From assembly GCF_030013595.1 (NCBI RefSeq), contig NZ_CP122768.1: a DNA stretch of 64,000 nt. One strand, written 5' to 3'. Shown in pieces: positions 1 to 11,650 of this stretch. Numbering within the stretch: the stretch's first letter is position 1; each line of letters begins with the position of its first letter. The translations under genes were made by a program, and so were the position numbers. The DNA is from Escherichia coli (GTDB lineage Bacteria > Pseudomonadota > Gammaproteobacteria > Enterobacterales > Enterobacteriaceae). A model generated the notes under the pieces. That model did not search any database. It was given only the letters and a program-made list of their open reading frames with translations, and was not told where the DNA came from.

Positions 1-49
1 CAGTATGATGTCATAAAGTTAAGTGAGAATAATTAAGGGATGACTCGTC

Positions 50-991
50 ATGGCGCACTCACACTCACACACTTCCTCACACCTGCCAGAAGATAATAAT
101 GCTCGTCGCTTGTTGTATGCTTTCGGCGTGACTGCCGGGTTTATGCTCGTAGAAGTCATTGGTGGTTTTCTTTCCGGTTCTCTGGCATTGCTGGCCGATG
201 CGGGTCATATGTTGACCGATACTGCCGCCCTGCTTTTCGCCCTACTCGCAGTGCAATTTTCCCGTCGTCCTCCCACCATTCGCCACACTTTCGGTTGGCT
301 AAGATTGACCACGCTCGCGGCGTTTGTGAATGCCATCGCCCTGGTGGTGATTACTATTTTGATTGTCTGGGAGGCGATAGAACGCTTCCGCACTCCGCGT
401 CCGGTCGAGGGCGGCATGATGATGGCAATTGCCGTGGCTGGGCTGCTGGCAAATATACTTTCTTTCTGGTTACTTCATCACGGCAGCGAAGAGAAAAACC
501 TCAACGTGCGAGCAGCGGCACTGCATGTGCTCGGGGACCTGCTGGGTTCGGTTGGGGCTATTATTGCCGCGTTGATTATTATCTGGACCGGCTGGACACC
601 TGCTGACCCCATTCTCTCAATACTGGTGTCGCTTCTGGTTCTGCGTAGCGCGTGGCGACTGTTGAAAGATAGCGTGAATGAATTACTTGAAGGTGCACCG
701 GTATCGCTGGATATCGCCGAACTGAAGCGTCGTATGTGCCGGGAAATCCCGGAAGTCCGCAATGTGCACCATGTACATGTATGGATGGTAGGCGAGAAGC
801 CGGTGATGACGCTGCATGTGCAGGTGATCCCGCCACACGATCACGATGCCTTGTTAGATCAGATCCAACACTACCTGATGGATCACTATCAGATTGAGCA
901 CGCCACTATTCAGATGGAATATCAACCTTGTCATGGGCCAGACTGCCACCTGAATGAAGGGGTGTCTGGCCATTCACATCATCACCATTAA
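50..991 (+). CDS. zitB: Zn(II)/H+ antiporter, cation diffusion facilitator family
   Basis: 313-aa ORF; His-rich N- and C-termini, CDF transmembrane core; matches remembered ZitB; synteny with pnuC-nadA. Confidence 0.95.
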   Translation: MAHSHSHTSSHLPEDNNARRLLYAFGVTAGFMLVEVIGGFLSGSLALLADAGHMLTDTAALLFALLAVQFSRRPPTIRHTFGWLRLTTLAAFVNAIALVVITILIVWEAIERFRTPRPVEGGMMMAIAVAGLLANILSFWLLHHGSEEKNLNVRAAALHVLGDLLGSVGAIIAALIIIWTGWTPADPILSILVSLLVLRSAWRLLKDSVNELLEGAPVSLDIAELKRRMCREIPEVRNVHHVHVWMVGEKPVMTLHVQVIPPHDHDALLDQIQHYLMDHYQIEHATIQMEYQPCHGPDCHLNEGVSGHSHHHH

Positions 992-1707
992 TGGGACAGC
1001 GCGCGTGAACCTCTTTCGCGTGCGCTGTTGATCCACATCCGGCTGCCGTTGAGGGCAATAAAGGTCAGGATGATGTACTCCAGAGACATGGCGTAAACGC
1101 CCTGAAGTGCAAAAATAACGACGCTAATCACGTTAATAATCACCCACAACAGCCAGTTTTCCACATACTTACGCGTCATCAGAATCATTGCCACGATAGA
1201 TAACACCATCATGCATGAATCCCAGAACGGGAAAGCGTCCGGTTGCAGTTCAGGCATCACAACCTGTAATCCTAATGCTTGCATGATCATGACTGCCACG
1301 CGGGTCAAAAATGCAAACACCGGATTGATAAATACCGTCATCAGACCAATCGAAACAACGCAAACCGCCAACCAGCTTAGCGCCTTCGGCAATGGCAACC
1401 AGCGAATTTTCAACTCCGCCTCGTTCTGACTGGTTTGTCGCGACCACGCATACCAACCGTAAATATTCGCGGCAAAGAAAAACACCTGTAATAGCAGGCT
1501 GGCATACAGCTGAATCTGAAAGAAAATAATGCCAAACAAGGTGACGTTGATCAGGCCAAAGAAGTAGTTGCTGATCTTCTCCAGACTGGCAAGGCCAATA
1601 CACAGCAACCCGGCGATCGTGCCTACCGCTTCGATCCATGAGAGATCATAACCGCCTGCTCCTATTGGTATATGTACCAGGATATTCTGCACACTAAAAA
1701 AATCCAT
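988..1707 (-). CDS. pnuC: nicotinamide riboside transporter PnuC
   Basis: 239-aa polytopic membrane ORF directly downstream of nadA; 4-bp convergent overlap with zitB as in K-12. Confidence 0.95.
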   Translation of the reverse strand: MDFFSVQNILVHIPIGAGGYDLSWIEAVGTIAGLLCIGLASLEKISNYFFGLINVTLFGIIFFQIQLYASLLLQVFFFAANIYGWYAWSRQTSQNEAELKIRWLPLPKALSWLAVCVVSIGLMTVFINPVFAFLTRVAVMIMQALGLQVVMPELQPDAFPFWDSCMMVLSIVAMILMTRKYVENWLLWVIINVISVVIFALQGVYAMSLEYIILTFIALNGSRMWINSARERGSRALSH

Positions 1708-1744
1708 CTTTCCCCCAAAGCGTAACGTTACGCCTTATTATTCG

Positions 1745-2788
1745 TTATCCACGTAGTGTAGCCGCAAAATCCAGCATACGATTGAGCGGCACCAGCGCCC
1801 TCTCTCGCAGCCTTTCATCAACATGAACCTCGTGATTGCTTCCTTCCTGTTCTAATGCCTCTGCGATGGCCTGAAGGCCATTCATGGCCATCCACGGACA
1901 ATGCGCGCAGCTGCGGCAGGTTGCACCCTCACCTGCGGTTGGTGCTTCCAGTAACTCTTTATCTGGCACCGCCTGCTGCATTTTGTAGAAAATACCCCGA
2001 TCGGTTGCCACAATAAGCCTCTGATGTGGCAATGTTTTCGCAGCAGCGATCAGTTGACTGGTGGAACCGACCGCATCCGCCATATCGACAATAGCTTGTG
2101 GTGATTCTGGATGCACCAGTATGGCAGCATCCGGGTATTCTTCTTGCAAGCGGGTTAACGCCTGAGTCTTAAATTCATCATGCACAATGCAGGCACCCTG
2201 CCAGCATAAAATGTCTGCGCCCGTCTGTTTTTGCACGTAACGCCCCAGATGTTTGTCGGGAGCCCAGATGATTTTTTCACCCAAACTATCCAGATGATCA
2301 ATAAGTTCGACAGCAATGCTTGAAGTTACCACCCAATCTGCCCGCGCTTTTACCGCAGCAGAAGTGTTGGCGTAGACGACGACAGTATGATCGGGATGGG
2401 CATCGCAAAATGCGTTAAATTCTTCAACTGGGCAGCCGAGATCCAGTGAACATTCAGCCTGAAGTGTCGGCATCAGAATTGTTTTTTCCGGACTGAGAAT
2501 TTTGGCGGTTTCTCCCATAAATCTCACCCCAGCGACTAACAACGTAGAAGCGGGATGCTTTGCACCGAAGCGCGCCATTTCCAGAGAATCAGAAATACAG
2601 CCACCGGTTTCTTCTGCCAGTTGTTGAATTTCGGGATCGGTATAGTAATGGGCAACCATCACCGCATTACGTTCTTTTAGCAGACGTTTTATCTTCTCGC
2701 GGTAATACGCTTTTTCATCAATGCTTAACGGCGTCGGCTTCGGGGGGAAAGGATAAATCGCCGTGTCTGGATCAAACATCACGCTCAT
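1745..2788 (-). CDS. nadA: quinolinate synthase A
   Basis: 347-aa ORF, conserved NadA sequence including the Cys residues of the Fe-S site near the C-terminus. Confidence 0.96.
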   Translation of the reverse strand: MSVMFDPDTAIYPFPPKPTPLSIDEKAYYREKIKRLLKERNAVMVAHYYTDPEIQQLAEETGGCISDSLEMARFGAKHPASTLLVAGVRFMGETAKILSPEKTILMPTLQAECSLDLGCPVEEFNAFCDAHPDHTVVVYANTSAAVKARADWVVTSSIAVELIDHLDSLGEKIIWAPDKHLGRYVQKQTGADILCWQGACIVHDEFKTQALTRLQEEYPDAAILVHPESPQAIVDMADAVGSTSQLIAAAKTLPHQRLIVATDRGIFYKMQQAVPDKELLEAPTAGEGATCRSCAHCPWMAMNGLQAIAEALEQEGSNHEVHVDERLRERALVPLNRMLDFAATLRG

Positions 2789-2860
2789 CTTACCATCTCG
2801 TTTTACAGGCTTAACGTTAAAACCGACATGAGCGTAATATTCGCTGTTATCGGTGTAATT

Positions 2861-2878
2861 TGTTTTATATGCTAAACA
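2861..2878. promoter_or_regulatory. putative NadR operator (TGTTTT-N6-TAAACA palindrome) upstream of nadA
   Basis: near-perfect inverted repeat about 75 bp upstream of the nadA start; second weaker copy at 2967-2983; NadR box consensus from memory. Confidence 0.4.
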
Positions 2879-3034
2879 AGATAGTCGAATGGTGGGGAAA
2901 AGTCACTCGAATTACGTATGAGATGCCGAATGCCACACTTTGCGTCTTATTTCTCCGACGTAAAGTTGTTTACGCAGCAAACGCGGAGTATGTCATCTGG
3001 GTTAAGAATTGAAATTGAGAGATGCCTGAATAGC

Positions 3035-3061
3035 AAAAAAGCGCCTTTAGGGCGCTTTTTT
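3035..3061. terminator. bidirectional intrinsic terminator hairpin (AGCGCC-TTTAG-GGCGCT flanked by A6/T7)
   Basis: perfect stem with poly-T on both strands; exact duplicate of the terminator at 3191-3217. Confidence 0.6.
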
Positions 3062-3065
3062 ACAT

Positions 3066-3110
3066 TGGTGGGTCGTGCAGGATGACTCGCTTCGCTCGCC
3101 CTTCGGGCCG
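3066..3110 (-). repeat. tRNA-Lys 3'-end fragment (17 nt) fused to conserved spacer hairpin; copies also at 3455-3499 and 3948-3994
   Basis: TGGTGGGTCGTGCAGGA followed by TGACTCG(A)CTTCG(T)CTCGCCCTTCGGGCCG occurs three times in the operon spacers. Confidence 0.7.
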
Positions 3111-3190
3111 TCGCCGCGAGCGGCTCCGTTGTTTCGCTGCGCTCAACTCAAACCTGCTGCAGGTTCGAATCTTTGAGTATCGCAGATAGC

Positions 3191-3217
3191 AAAAAAGCGC
3201 CTTTAGGGCGCTTTTTT
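3191..3217. terminator. bidirectional intrinsic terminator ending the tRNA operon
   Basis: same hairpin as 3035-3061, immediately 3' of the last tRNA-Lys on the minus strand. Confidence 0.7.
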
Positions 3218-3221
3218 ACAT

Positions 3222-3297
3222 TGGTGGGTCGTGCAGGATTCGAACCTGCGACCAATTGATTAAAAGTCAACTGCTCTACCAACTGAGCTAACGACCC
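3222..3297 (-). tRNA. lysQ: tRNA-Lys (UUU)
   Basis: reverse complement reads the 76-nt tRNA-Lys sequence with CUUUUAA anticodon loop and CCA end; name by position relative to nadA. Confidence 0.95.
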
Positions 3298-3330
3298 CTT
3301 GCGGGATTATGCTGCTTTAATCATTCAGGA

Positions 3331-3406
3331 TGGTGGGTCGTGCAGGATTCGAACCTGCGACCAATTGATTAAAAGTCAACTGCTCTACCAACTGAGCTAA
3401 CGACCC
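3331..3406 (-). tRNA. lysZ: tRNA-Lys (UUU)
   Basis: identical 76-nt copy. Confidence 0.95.
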
Positions 3407-3552
3407 ATACGGGTGTTACCTGAAAGATTTCTACTCGGAACCAATCTTTAAAATTGGTGGGTCGTGCAGGATGACTCGCTTCGCTCGCCCTTCGGGCCGT
3501 TGCTGGCGCAACGTTATCCTTCACGCTTAACATCTGAGTTTGATGTTAAAAT

Positions 3553-3628
3553 TGGTGGGTCGTGCAGGATTCGAACCTGCGACCAATTGATTAAAAGTCA
3601 ACTGCTCTACCAACTGAGCTAACGACCC
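3553..3628 (-). tRNA. lysY: tRNA-Lys (UUU)
   Basis: identical 76-nt copy. Confidence 0.95.
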
Positions 3629-3631
3629 GAG

Positions 3632-3707
3632 TGGTGGGTGATGACGGGATCGAACCGCCGCCCCCCTCCTTGTAAGGGAGGTGCTCTCCCAGCTGAGCTA
3701 ATCACCC
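3632..3707 (-). tRNA. valZ: tRNA-Val (UAC), variant copy
   Basis: 76-nt tRNA-Val; differs from the copy at 3837-3912 by one base at 3661 (variable-loop position). Confidence 0.9.
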
Positions 3708-3758
3708 GATACTGCGCTGGATACTACAAACTACTTCCACCGAACCCACCGTAATTAG

Positions 3759-3834
3759 TGGTGGGTCGTGCAGGATTCGAACCTGCGACCAATTGATTAA
3801 AAGTCAACTGCTCTACCAACTGAGCTAACGACCC
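3759..3834 (-). tRNA. lysW: tRNA-Lys (UUU)
   Basis: identical 76-nt copy. Confidence 0.95.
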
Positions 3835-3836
3835 GG

Positions 3837-3912
3837 TGGTGGGTGATGACGGGATCGAACCGCCGACCCCCTCCTTGTAAGGGAGGTGCTCTCCCAGCTG
3901 AGCTAATCACCC
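3837..3912 (-). tRNA. valT: tRNA-Val (UAC)
   Basis: 76-nt tRNA-Val matching the canonical E. coli sequence as remembered. Confidence 0.95.
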
Positions 3913-4047
3913 AATACTACGCTGGATACTACAACTAACTATGTTAGTGGTGGGTCGTGCAGGATGACTCGACTTCGTCTCGCCCTTCGGGCCGTTGCTG
4001 ACGCAACGTTATCCTTCACGTTTTACTACCGCTTCCACCTTAGCGAT

Positions 4048-4123
4048 TGGTGGGTCGTGCAGGATTCGAACCTGCGACCAATTGATTAAAAGTCAACTGC
4101 TCTACCAACTGAGCTAACGACCC
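4048..4123 (-). tRNA. lysT: tRNA-Lys (UUU)
   Basis: identical 76-nt copy; first gene of the operon, adjacent to cpoB. Confidence 0.95.
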
Positions 4124-4287
4124 ACTTTTTCGTTGCTTTCGGTTTGTTTGATATCCCGTGGCAACGGCGGCATATATTACTGATTTCAGACTTGAGCGCA
4201 ACAAAAATTTCGATGCAGATCACTCAACTGCTTATGATTCGCACGACACGACCAGAAATAATGCGACTTCTGGTCGTGTGTTATGCA

Positions 4288-5079
4288 TTACATCGCGTTC
4301 AGACGTTTTTGCGCCTGTTTAGCGCCATCAGTACCAGGGTATTTACTGATAACCTGCTGGTATACGGCTTTCGCTTTTGCGGTGTCACCTTTGTCCTGCA
4401 TGATGACGCCGACTTTAAACATCGCATCTGCAGCCTTTGGCGACTTCGGATAGTTTTTTACTACCGAAGCAAAATAGTACGCCGCATCATCTTTTTTACC
4501 CTTGTTGTAGTTTAACTGACCCAGCCAATAATTGGCGTTTGGCAGGTAAGTTGAATCAGGGTAATTTTTGATGAAATTCTGAAATGCCACCATTGCGTCA
4601 TCCTGGCGGGATTTATCCTGCACCAGCGCAATAGCTGCATTGTAATCCGTGTTTGCATCACCGCTTTTCACCGGCGCGCCAGCATTCGCAGTACCAGCAT
4701 CAGCTGTCGGCGTCATTGATGCCGCCGCACCGCTTTGATCGCCGCTGGTTGATTGCGCCGCTGCACCACCGCTGCTGAGGCTATCGATCTGCAACAGGAT
4801 CTGCTTTTGCCGCTCCACGACCTGATTCAGTTGATACTGATTTTCCTGAATCTGACCACGCAGGGAATCAATATCGGATTGATTATCAGAGAGTTGTTGC
4901 TGGAGTTGGGTTAAAAGCTGGCTGTGAGCATTTGAAATACGCTCAAGTTGAGTGACGCGGTCTTCGACCGAGCCTGAGCCGACACTACTGATTGGTGCCT
5001 GAGCAAAAGCGGCCCAGGGGGCCGCTATACCAACCAGTAACGACAGACTCAATAGTTGATGTCTGAAGTTACTGCTCAT
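4288..5079 (-). CDS. cpoB: cell division coordinator CpoB (YbgF), TPR periplasmic protein
   Basis: 263-aa ORF with signal peptide, Gln-rich coiled coil and C-terminal TPR region; last gene of the tol-pal cluster. Confidence 0.94.
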   Translation of the reverse strand: MSSNFRHQLLSLSLLVGIAAPWAAFAQAPISSVGSGSVEDRVTQLERISNAHSQLLTQLQQQLSDNQSDIDSLRGQIQENQYQLNQVVERQKQILLQIDSLSSGGAAAQSTSGDQSGAAASMTPTADAGTANAGAPVKSGDANTDYNAAIALVQDKSRQDDAMVAFQNFIKNYPDSTYLPNANYWLGQLNYNKGKKDDAAYYFASVVKNYPKSPKAADAMFKVGVIMQDKGDTAKAKAVYQQVISKYPGTDGAKQAQKRLNAM

Positions 5080-5088
5080 GCAATTCTC

Positions 5089-5634
<546 letters not shown>

Positions 5635-5644
5635 TTAATTATTA

Positions 5645-6937
5645 TCACAGATACGGCGACCAGGCAGGGAATTTGACCTGTCCATCAGTTGCCGGAAGAC
5701 GCGCTTTGAAACGCCCATCTGTAGAAACCAAATTCAGCACGGATCCCATCCCCTGAGAAGAGCTGTAGATTACCATAGTGCCGTTAGGTGCCAGACTTGG
5801 CGTTTCATCCAGGAACGTGGACGACAGAACTTGTACGCCTCCCGTTGCCAGATCTTGTTTGGCAATGTGCTGCTGCCCACCATTGGAGCTGACCATTACC
5901 ATAAATTTACCGTCGCTGCTGACATCCGCATCCTGGTTCTGCGAACCTTCCCAGGTAATACGTTGTGGCGCACCGCCGTTGATATTCACTTTATAAACCT
6001 GTGGACGACCGGCCTGGTCAGAAGTAAATGCCAGGTTCTGGCTGTCCGGGAACCAGGTCGGTTCGGTATTGTTACTGCGACCATCCGTCACCTGGCGGAT
6101 CTGACCAGAAGCCAAATCCATTACGTATAGGTTCAGGCTACCAGTTTTCGACAAGGCGAATGCCAGTTTGCTGCCGTCTGGCGAGAATGCAGGTGCACCG
6201 TTGTGACGCGGGAATGAAGCCACCTGACGTACAGCGCCATTTGCCAGCGTTTGGATGACCAGCGCGGAACGACCGCTTTCGAAGGTCACATAAGCCAGTT
6301 TAGAACCGTCTGGTGACCACGCCGGAGACATCAGCGGCTGTGGTGAACGGTGAACGACAAATTGGTTGTAACCGTCATAGTCAGATACGCGCAGTTCATA
6401 CGGGAACTGACCGCCGTTGGTCTGAACAACGTAGGCAATACGGGTACGGAACGCACCTTTAATGCCGGTCAGTTTTTCAAACACTTCATCACTGGCGGTA
6501 TGACCAGCATAACGCAGCCACTGCTTGTTCACTTTGTACGAGTTCTGAGCAAGTACAGTACCCGGTGCGCCGCCAGTGTCAACAAGTTGATAAGCAACAT
6601 TGTAAGAACCATCCGGATTCGGAGTGACCTGACCGACAACTACAGCGTCAATACCCAGCGCGGACCATGCAGCTGGTTGTACTTCCTGCGCACTACCCGG
6701 CTGCTGTGGCAGACGAGCGCGATCTAACGGATTAAATTTACCGCTGTTACGCAAGTCGGCAGCAACGATGCCGCCAATATCTTCAGGTGCCGCACCAGGG
6801 CCCGCCCACTGGAAAGGAACAACTCCAATAGGACGACCGGAATCTACACCGCTGTCGATCACAATGCGGACTTCAGCATGCAGAACTGATGCCCACAGTA
6901 TGAGAAAACCAAATGCTACTCGTAATGCCTGCTTCAT
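5645..6937 (-). CDS. tolB: Tol-Pal system periplasmic beta-propeller protein TolB
   Basis: 430-aa ORF with signal peptide and repeated WD-like propeller motifs. Confidence 0.95.
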   Translation of the reverse strand: MKQALRVAFGFLILWASVLHAEVRIVIDSGVDSGRPIGVVPFQWAGPGAAPEDIGGIVAADLRNSGKFNPLDRARLPQQPGSAQEVQPAAWSALGIDAVVVGQVTPNPDGSYNVAYQLVDTGGAPGTVLAQNSYKVNKQWLRYAGHTASDEVFEKLTGIKGAFRTRIAYVVQTNGGQFPYELRVSDYDGYNQFVVHRSPQPLMSPAWSPDGSKLAYVTFESGRSALVIQTLANGAVRQVASFPRHNGAPAFSPDGSKLAFALSKTGSLNLYVMDLASGQIRQVTDGRSNNTEPTWFPDSQNLAFTSDQAGRPQVYKVNINGGAPQRITWEGSQNQDADVSSDGKFMVMVSSNGGQQHIAKQDLATGGVQVLSSTFLDETPSLAPNGTMVIYSSSQGMGSVLNLVSTDGRFKARLPATDGQVKFPAWSPYL

Positions 6938-7069
6938 CATATCTCCCTTATCTGGACCGATGGCCCACGATAATTTAGCAGAATGTTAACAAACTAAAAT
7001 ACACAAAACTACCAGAACCCCGTGGCAACCGGTGCCTGATGTTGACCGTCGGAACAGTCAACATCGCGA

Positions 7070-8335
7070 TTACGGTTTGAAGTCCAATGGCGCGTTTTTG
7101 AACACTTCATATACTGCCTGGCTTGGTGGTTTCGGGATCTTCGCAAGTTTAGCTGCTGCCAACGCAGCCTGACAAAGTGCGGGATCGCCACCTTCAGGTT
7201 TGATATCCAGTAACATACCATCGGGTGCCAGTTTTATGCGCAGCGTACAGGTTTTGCCTGCATAGGACGATGCGTCATAGAACTTACTTTCGATAGCAGA
7301 TTTAATCTGCCCGGCATAGTTATTGATATCGGCCCCTGATGCGCCATTGTTTTTAGTATTACCACTCCCGGCTGGCGAAGCATTGTTCCCTTTCGCCCCT
7401 CCCCCCGTTTTCGGTGCATTCTTACCAGAGCTTAGCTCACCGAAAATATCATCTGCCTCTGCGGCAGCTTTTGCTGCAGCGGCTTTTTCAGCTGCTGCTT
7501 TTGCCGCTGCCGCTTTTTTGTCTGCGGCGGCTTTTTCTGCCGCTGCTTTCTTATCAGCAGCTGCCTTTTCAGCAGCCGCTTTTTCTGCTGCTTTTTTGTC
7601 GGCTGCAGCTTTCTCTGCTGCCGCTTTCTTATCAGCTGCAGCCTTTTCAGCAGCCGCTTTCTTATCAGCTTCTGCCTTGGCTTTTTCAGCAGCTTCAGTT
7701 GCCGCTTTCTTTCTTGCTTCAGCTGCAGCTGCTTCTGCCGCTTCCGCTTTCTTCTTCAGTGCCGCCGCGGCTGCCTCGGCTTTTTTCTGCGCTTCGGCTG
7801 CGGCTTTGGCGGCTTCTGCTTCTGCTTTTTTCTTCGCGTCTGCAGCCGCTTTCTTCGCAGCTTCTTCCGCAGCTTTAGCATCCGCTTCGGCCTTCGCTTT
7901 AGCATCTGCCGCCGCTTTCGCTGCCGCTTCTTCCGCTTGCTTCTGCTTTAACTCGGCCTGTTTTGCGGCTTCTTCAGCCTGCTTTTTCTGTTCCTGAGCA
8001 GCTAACCGCTCTTTCTCAAGTTGCTTCAGGCGTTCCTGTTCAGCCGCTTGTTTCTCACGCAGTTCTTCAGCAGCCTGCTGTTCCTTCATCTTGCGCTGCT
8101 CATCAGAACGCTTCGCGCTTGATTCCTGGCTTTGCATGCGTTTGTACTGCTCAACTACCGCACCTGAATCAACCATGACAGCGTCGATGGATGAACCACC
8201 GCCGCCTCCGGCTGAAGCTTCTATATTCTCATCGAACGAACTCCAGATCAGCGCCGCAAATAAGATGACATGCAGCACTGCTGAAATAATTATCGCCCGC
8301 TTGAGCTTGTCGTTTTGTTCGGTTGCCTTTGACAC
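7070..8335 (-). CDS. tolA: Tol-Pal system protein TolA
   Basis: 421 aa; N-terminal TM anchor, long Ala/Lys/Glu-rich helical domain II encoded by repetitive DNA (about 7430-7990), C-terminal domain III. Confidence 0.95.
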   Translation of the reverse strand: MSKATEQNDKLKRAIIISAVLHVILFAALIWSSFDENIEASAGGGGGSSIDAVMVDSGAVVEQYKRMQSQESSAKRSDEQRKMKEQQAAEELREKQAAEQERLKQLEKERLAAQEQKKQAEEAAKQAELKQKQAEEAAAKAAADAKAKAEADAKAAEEAAKKAAADAKKKAEAEAAKAAAEAQKKAEAAAAALKKKAEAAEAAAAEARKKAATEAAEKAKAEADKKAAAEKAAADKKAAAEKAAADKKAAEKAAAEKAAADKKAAAEKAAADKKAAAAKAAAEKAAAAKAAAEADDIFGELSSGKNAPKTGGGAKGNNASPAGSGNTKNNGASGADINNYAGQIKSAIESKFYDASSYAGKTCTLRIKLAPDGMLLDIKPEGGDPALCQAALAAAKLAKIPKPPSQAVYEVFKNAPLDFKP

Positions 8336-8399
8336 TCTCGGTTTCCAAAAACTGTTCGCCTGTTACCCGCTCTCTTTCAAGCAAGGGAAACGCAGATGT

Positions 8400-8828
8400 T
8401 TAGATAGGCTGCGTCATTAAACCAACCGATTTCACACCCGCACTATGTAACAAGTTCAGTGCTTTAATTATTTCATCGTAAGGCACATCTTTTGCGCCAC
8501 CGATCAGAAAGACCGTTTTCGGGTTGGCCTTGAAACGGCTGGACACTTCCGCCACCACCTGCTCTGGTGGTAAACGCTCCAGGCGATCTTTCTCAACCAC
8601 CACGGTGTACTGACCAATACCAGACACTTCAACAATCACTGGCGGATTATCGTTACTGCTCACCGCCTGTGATTCAGTAGCGTCTGGCAGATCGACCTCC
8701 ACGCTCTGGGTGATGATGGGCGCTGTCGCCATAAAGATCAGCAACAGCACCAGCAGTACGTCCAGCAACGGTACAATGTTGATTTCGGACTTGAGATCGC
8801 GACGACCTCGTCCACGCGCTCTGGCCAT
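8400..8828 (-). CDS. tolR: Tol-Pal system protein TolR
   Basis: 142 aa, ExbD/TolR family, single N-terminal TM. Confidence 0.95.
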   Translation of the reverse strand: MARARGRGRRDLKSEINIVPLLDVLLVLLLIFMATAPIITQSVEVDLPDATESQAVSSNDNPPVIVEVSGIGQYTVVVEKDRLERLPPEQVVAEVSSRFKANPKTVFLIGGAKDVPYDEIIKALNLLHSAGVKSVGLMTQPI

Positions 8829-8831
8829 GGC

Positions 8832-9925
<1,094 letters not shown>

Positions 9926-10023
9926 TTTACATCCCGGTAATGCAACAAAAGTTAGAGCTTTTAAACGCTGCTACTATACGCGCGCGATTGAGGTTTGGGA
10001 ATGAGGGCAAGTTAAGGGAGCGT

Positions 10024-10060
10024 AAAAATTTATGGGCCTGTAGCGGCCCATAATTTTTTA
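10024..10060. terminator. bidirectional intrinsic terminator (TATGGGCC-loop-GGCCCATA with T runs)
   Basis: hairpin immediately 3' of ybgE on the minus strand. Confidence 0.6.
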
Positions 10061-10074
10061 AAGAGAATTCTGAG

Positions 10075-10368
10075 TTAAAAGAAGAAGAAAATCAGCCCGA
10101 CAATGAGAACAATATCGGCAAGCAATGGGCAAAAAATCCCTTGCCAAAGAACCTTCTGCGGACGAAAGCCCACGCCGTGAATCACACCAGCACAGACGGC
10201 CCACATCAGCAATAAACCATGCCAGATTTCCAGTTCACTGGTCTTCGCGGCGAAACGTGATGGGTCCCAAAACATACATCCGGCTAACAGAAGCGCCATC
10301 ACGAAGGAAAGCGCCCGCAGGGGGCGCTTGTCCATTACCGCATACAAGGTTGCGATAATCTTACTCAT
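10075..10368 (-). CDS. ybgE: cyd operon small membrane protein YbgE
   Basis: 97-aa hydrophobic ORF downstream of cydX. Confidence 0.9.
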   Translation of the reverse strand: MSKIIATLYAVMDKRPLRALSFVMALLLAGCMFWDPSRFAAKTSELEIWHGLLLMWAVCAGVIHGVGFRPQKVLWQGIFCPLLADIVLIVGLIFFFF

Positions 10369-10481
10369 CAGATGTCTTCTTGACCGGCTTTGCCTGATTC
10401 GACGTGCTCAAGCGCCAGCGCGGTGATTACCCCAAACGAACAGGCAAGAAGCGTTCCCAGAATCCATGCGAAATACCACAT
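10368..10481 (-). CDS. cydX: cytochrome bd-I accessory subunit CydX (37 aa)
   Basis: translated by hand from the minus strand: MWYFAWILGTLLACSFGVITALALEHVESGKAGQEDI; not in the ORF track (too short); TGATG overlap with ybgE. Confidence 0.9.
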   Translation of the reverse strand: MWYFAWILGTLLACSFGVITALALEHVESGKAGQEDI

Positions 10482-10495
10482 TTTTAGCTCCTTAC

Positions 10496-11635
10496 TTAGT
10501 ACAGAGAGTGGGTGTTACGTTCAATATCTTCTTTGGTGATACGACCGAACATTTTCCAGTAACACCAGGCGGTGTAGAGCAGAATGATCGGTACCAGAAC
10601 CACCGCAACCCAAGTCATGACGTTAAGTGTCAGCTGGCTGGAAGTTGCATCCCACATTGTCAGACTTGCGTTCATCATGGTGCTGGACGGCATCACAAAC
10701 GGGAACATTGCGATACCGGCAGTCAGGATGATGCAGGCCAGCGTCAGGGAGGAGAACACAAACGCCCACGCGGCTTTATCCATACGTGCAGTCAGGATGG
10801 TCAGCAGCGGCAGAACCACACCCAGTGCCGGAATAGCCCACAGAATTGGCGTGTTGTTGAAGTTAACCAGCCATGCGCCAGCTTCACGAACCACTTCTTT
10901 ATTCAGCGGGTTAGAGGCTGCGTAATGGTCCATTGTCGATTTCACGACATAACCATCGATACCGTACATCACCCATACGCCAGCCAGTGCGAAACAGACC
11001 AGTGTCACCAGTGCCGCCACCTGAGCCGTTGCACGGGTACGCAGGTGCAGTTCGCCCACGGTACGCATTTGCAGATAGGTTGCGCCCTGAGTAATGATCA
11101 TCCCTACGCTCACCACGCCTGCCAGCAGGCCGAACGGGTTAAGCAGCTGGAAGAAGTTACCGGTGTAGTACAGACGCAGATATTCATCAACGTTGAACGG
11201 TACGCCCTGCAACAGGTTACCGAACGCTACACCAATCACCAACGGCGGAACGAAGCTACCAATGAAGATGCCCCAGTCCCACATGTTACGCCAGCGGGTT
11301 TCTTCAATCTTGGAGCGGTAGTCAAAACCGACCGGACGGAAGAACAAAGACGCCAGCACGAGGATCATCGCCACATAGAAGCCGGAGAACGCAGCGGCAT
11401 AGACCATCGGCCAGGCAGCAAAGAGTGCGCCGCCTGCGGTGATCAGCCAAACCTGGTTACCGTCCCAGTGTGGTGCGATGGAGTTAATCATAATTCGACG
11501 CTCGGTGTCGTTACGACCGAGGAAACGGGTGAGCATGCCCACCCCCATGTCGAAACCGTCAGTGACTGCAAAACCAATCAGCAGAACGCCAACCAGCAGC
11601 CACCAGATAAAACGCAATACTTCATAATCGATCAT
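10496..11635 (-). CDS. cydB: cytochrome bd-I ubiquinol oxidase subunit II
   Basis: 379-aa polytopic ORF matching CydB. Confidence 0.96.
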   Translation of the reverse strand: MIDYEVLRFIWWLLVGVLLIGFAVTDGFDMGVGMLTRFLGRNDTERRIMINSIAPHWDGNQVWLITAGGALFAAWPMVYAAAFSGFYVAMILVLASLFFRPVGFDYRSKIEETRWRNMWDWGIFIGSFVPPLVIGVAFGNLLQGVPFNVDEYLRLYYTGNFFQLLNPFGLLAGVVSVGMIITQGATYLQMRTVGELHLRTRATAQVAALVTLVCFALAGVWVMYGIDGYVVKSTMDHYAASNPLNKEVVREAGAWLVNFNNTPILWAIPALGVVLPLLTILTARMDKAAWAFVFSSLTLACIILTAGIAMFPFVMPSSTMMNASLTMWDATSSQLTLNVMTWVAVVLVPIILLYTAWCYWKMFGRITKEDIERNTHSLY

Positions 11636-11650
11636 TTGACGACTCCTGTC

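Noticed and set aside
3035-4130. Possible CRISPR-like array, given the regularly spaced 76-nt repeats
   Set aside because: The repeats are intact tRNA-Lys and tRNA-Val genes with tRNA secondary structure; spacers are heterogeneous in length, and there are no cas genes or leader.
7323-7997. Plus-strand ORFs of 224 aa and 154 aa (7414-7878) made of Ala/Ser/Leu/Phe low-complexity sequence
   Set aside because: They lie antisense to the repetitive Ala/Lys/Glu-rich helical domain of tolA; the repetitive DNA generates open frames on the opposite strand. tolA on the minus strand is full length and canonical.
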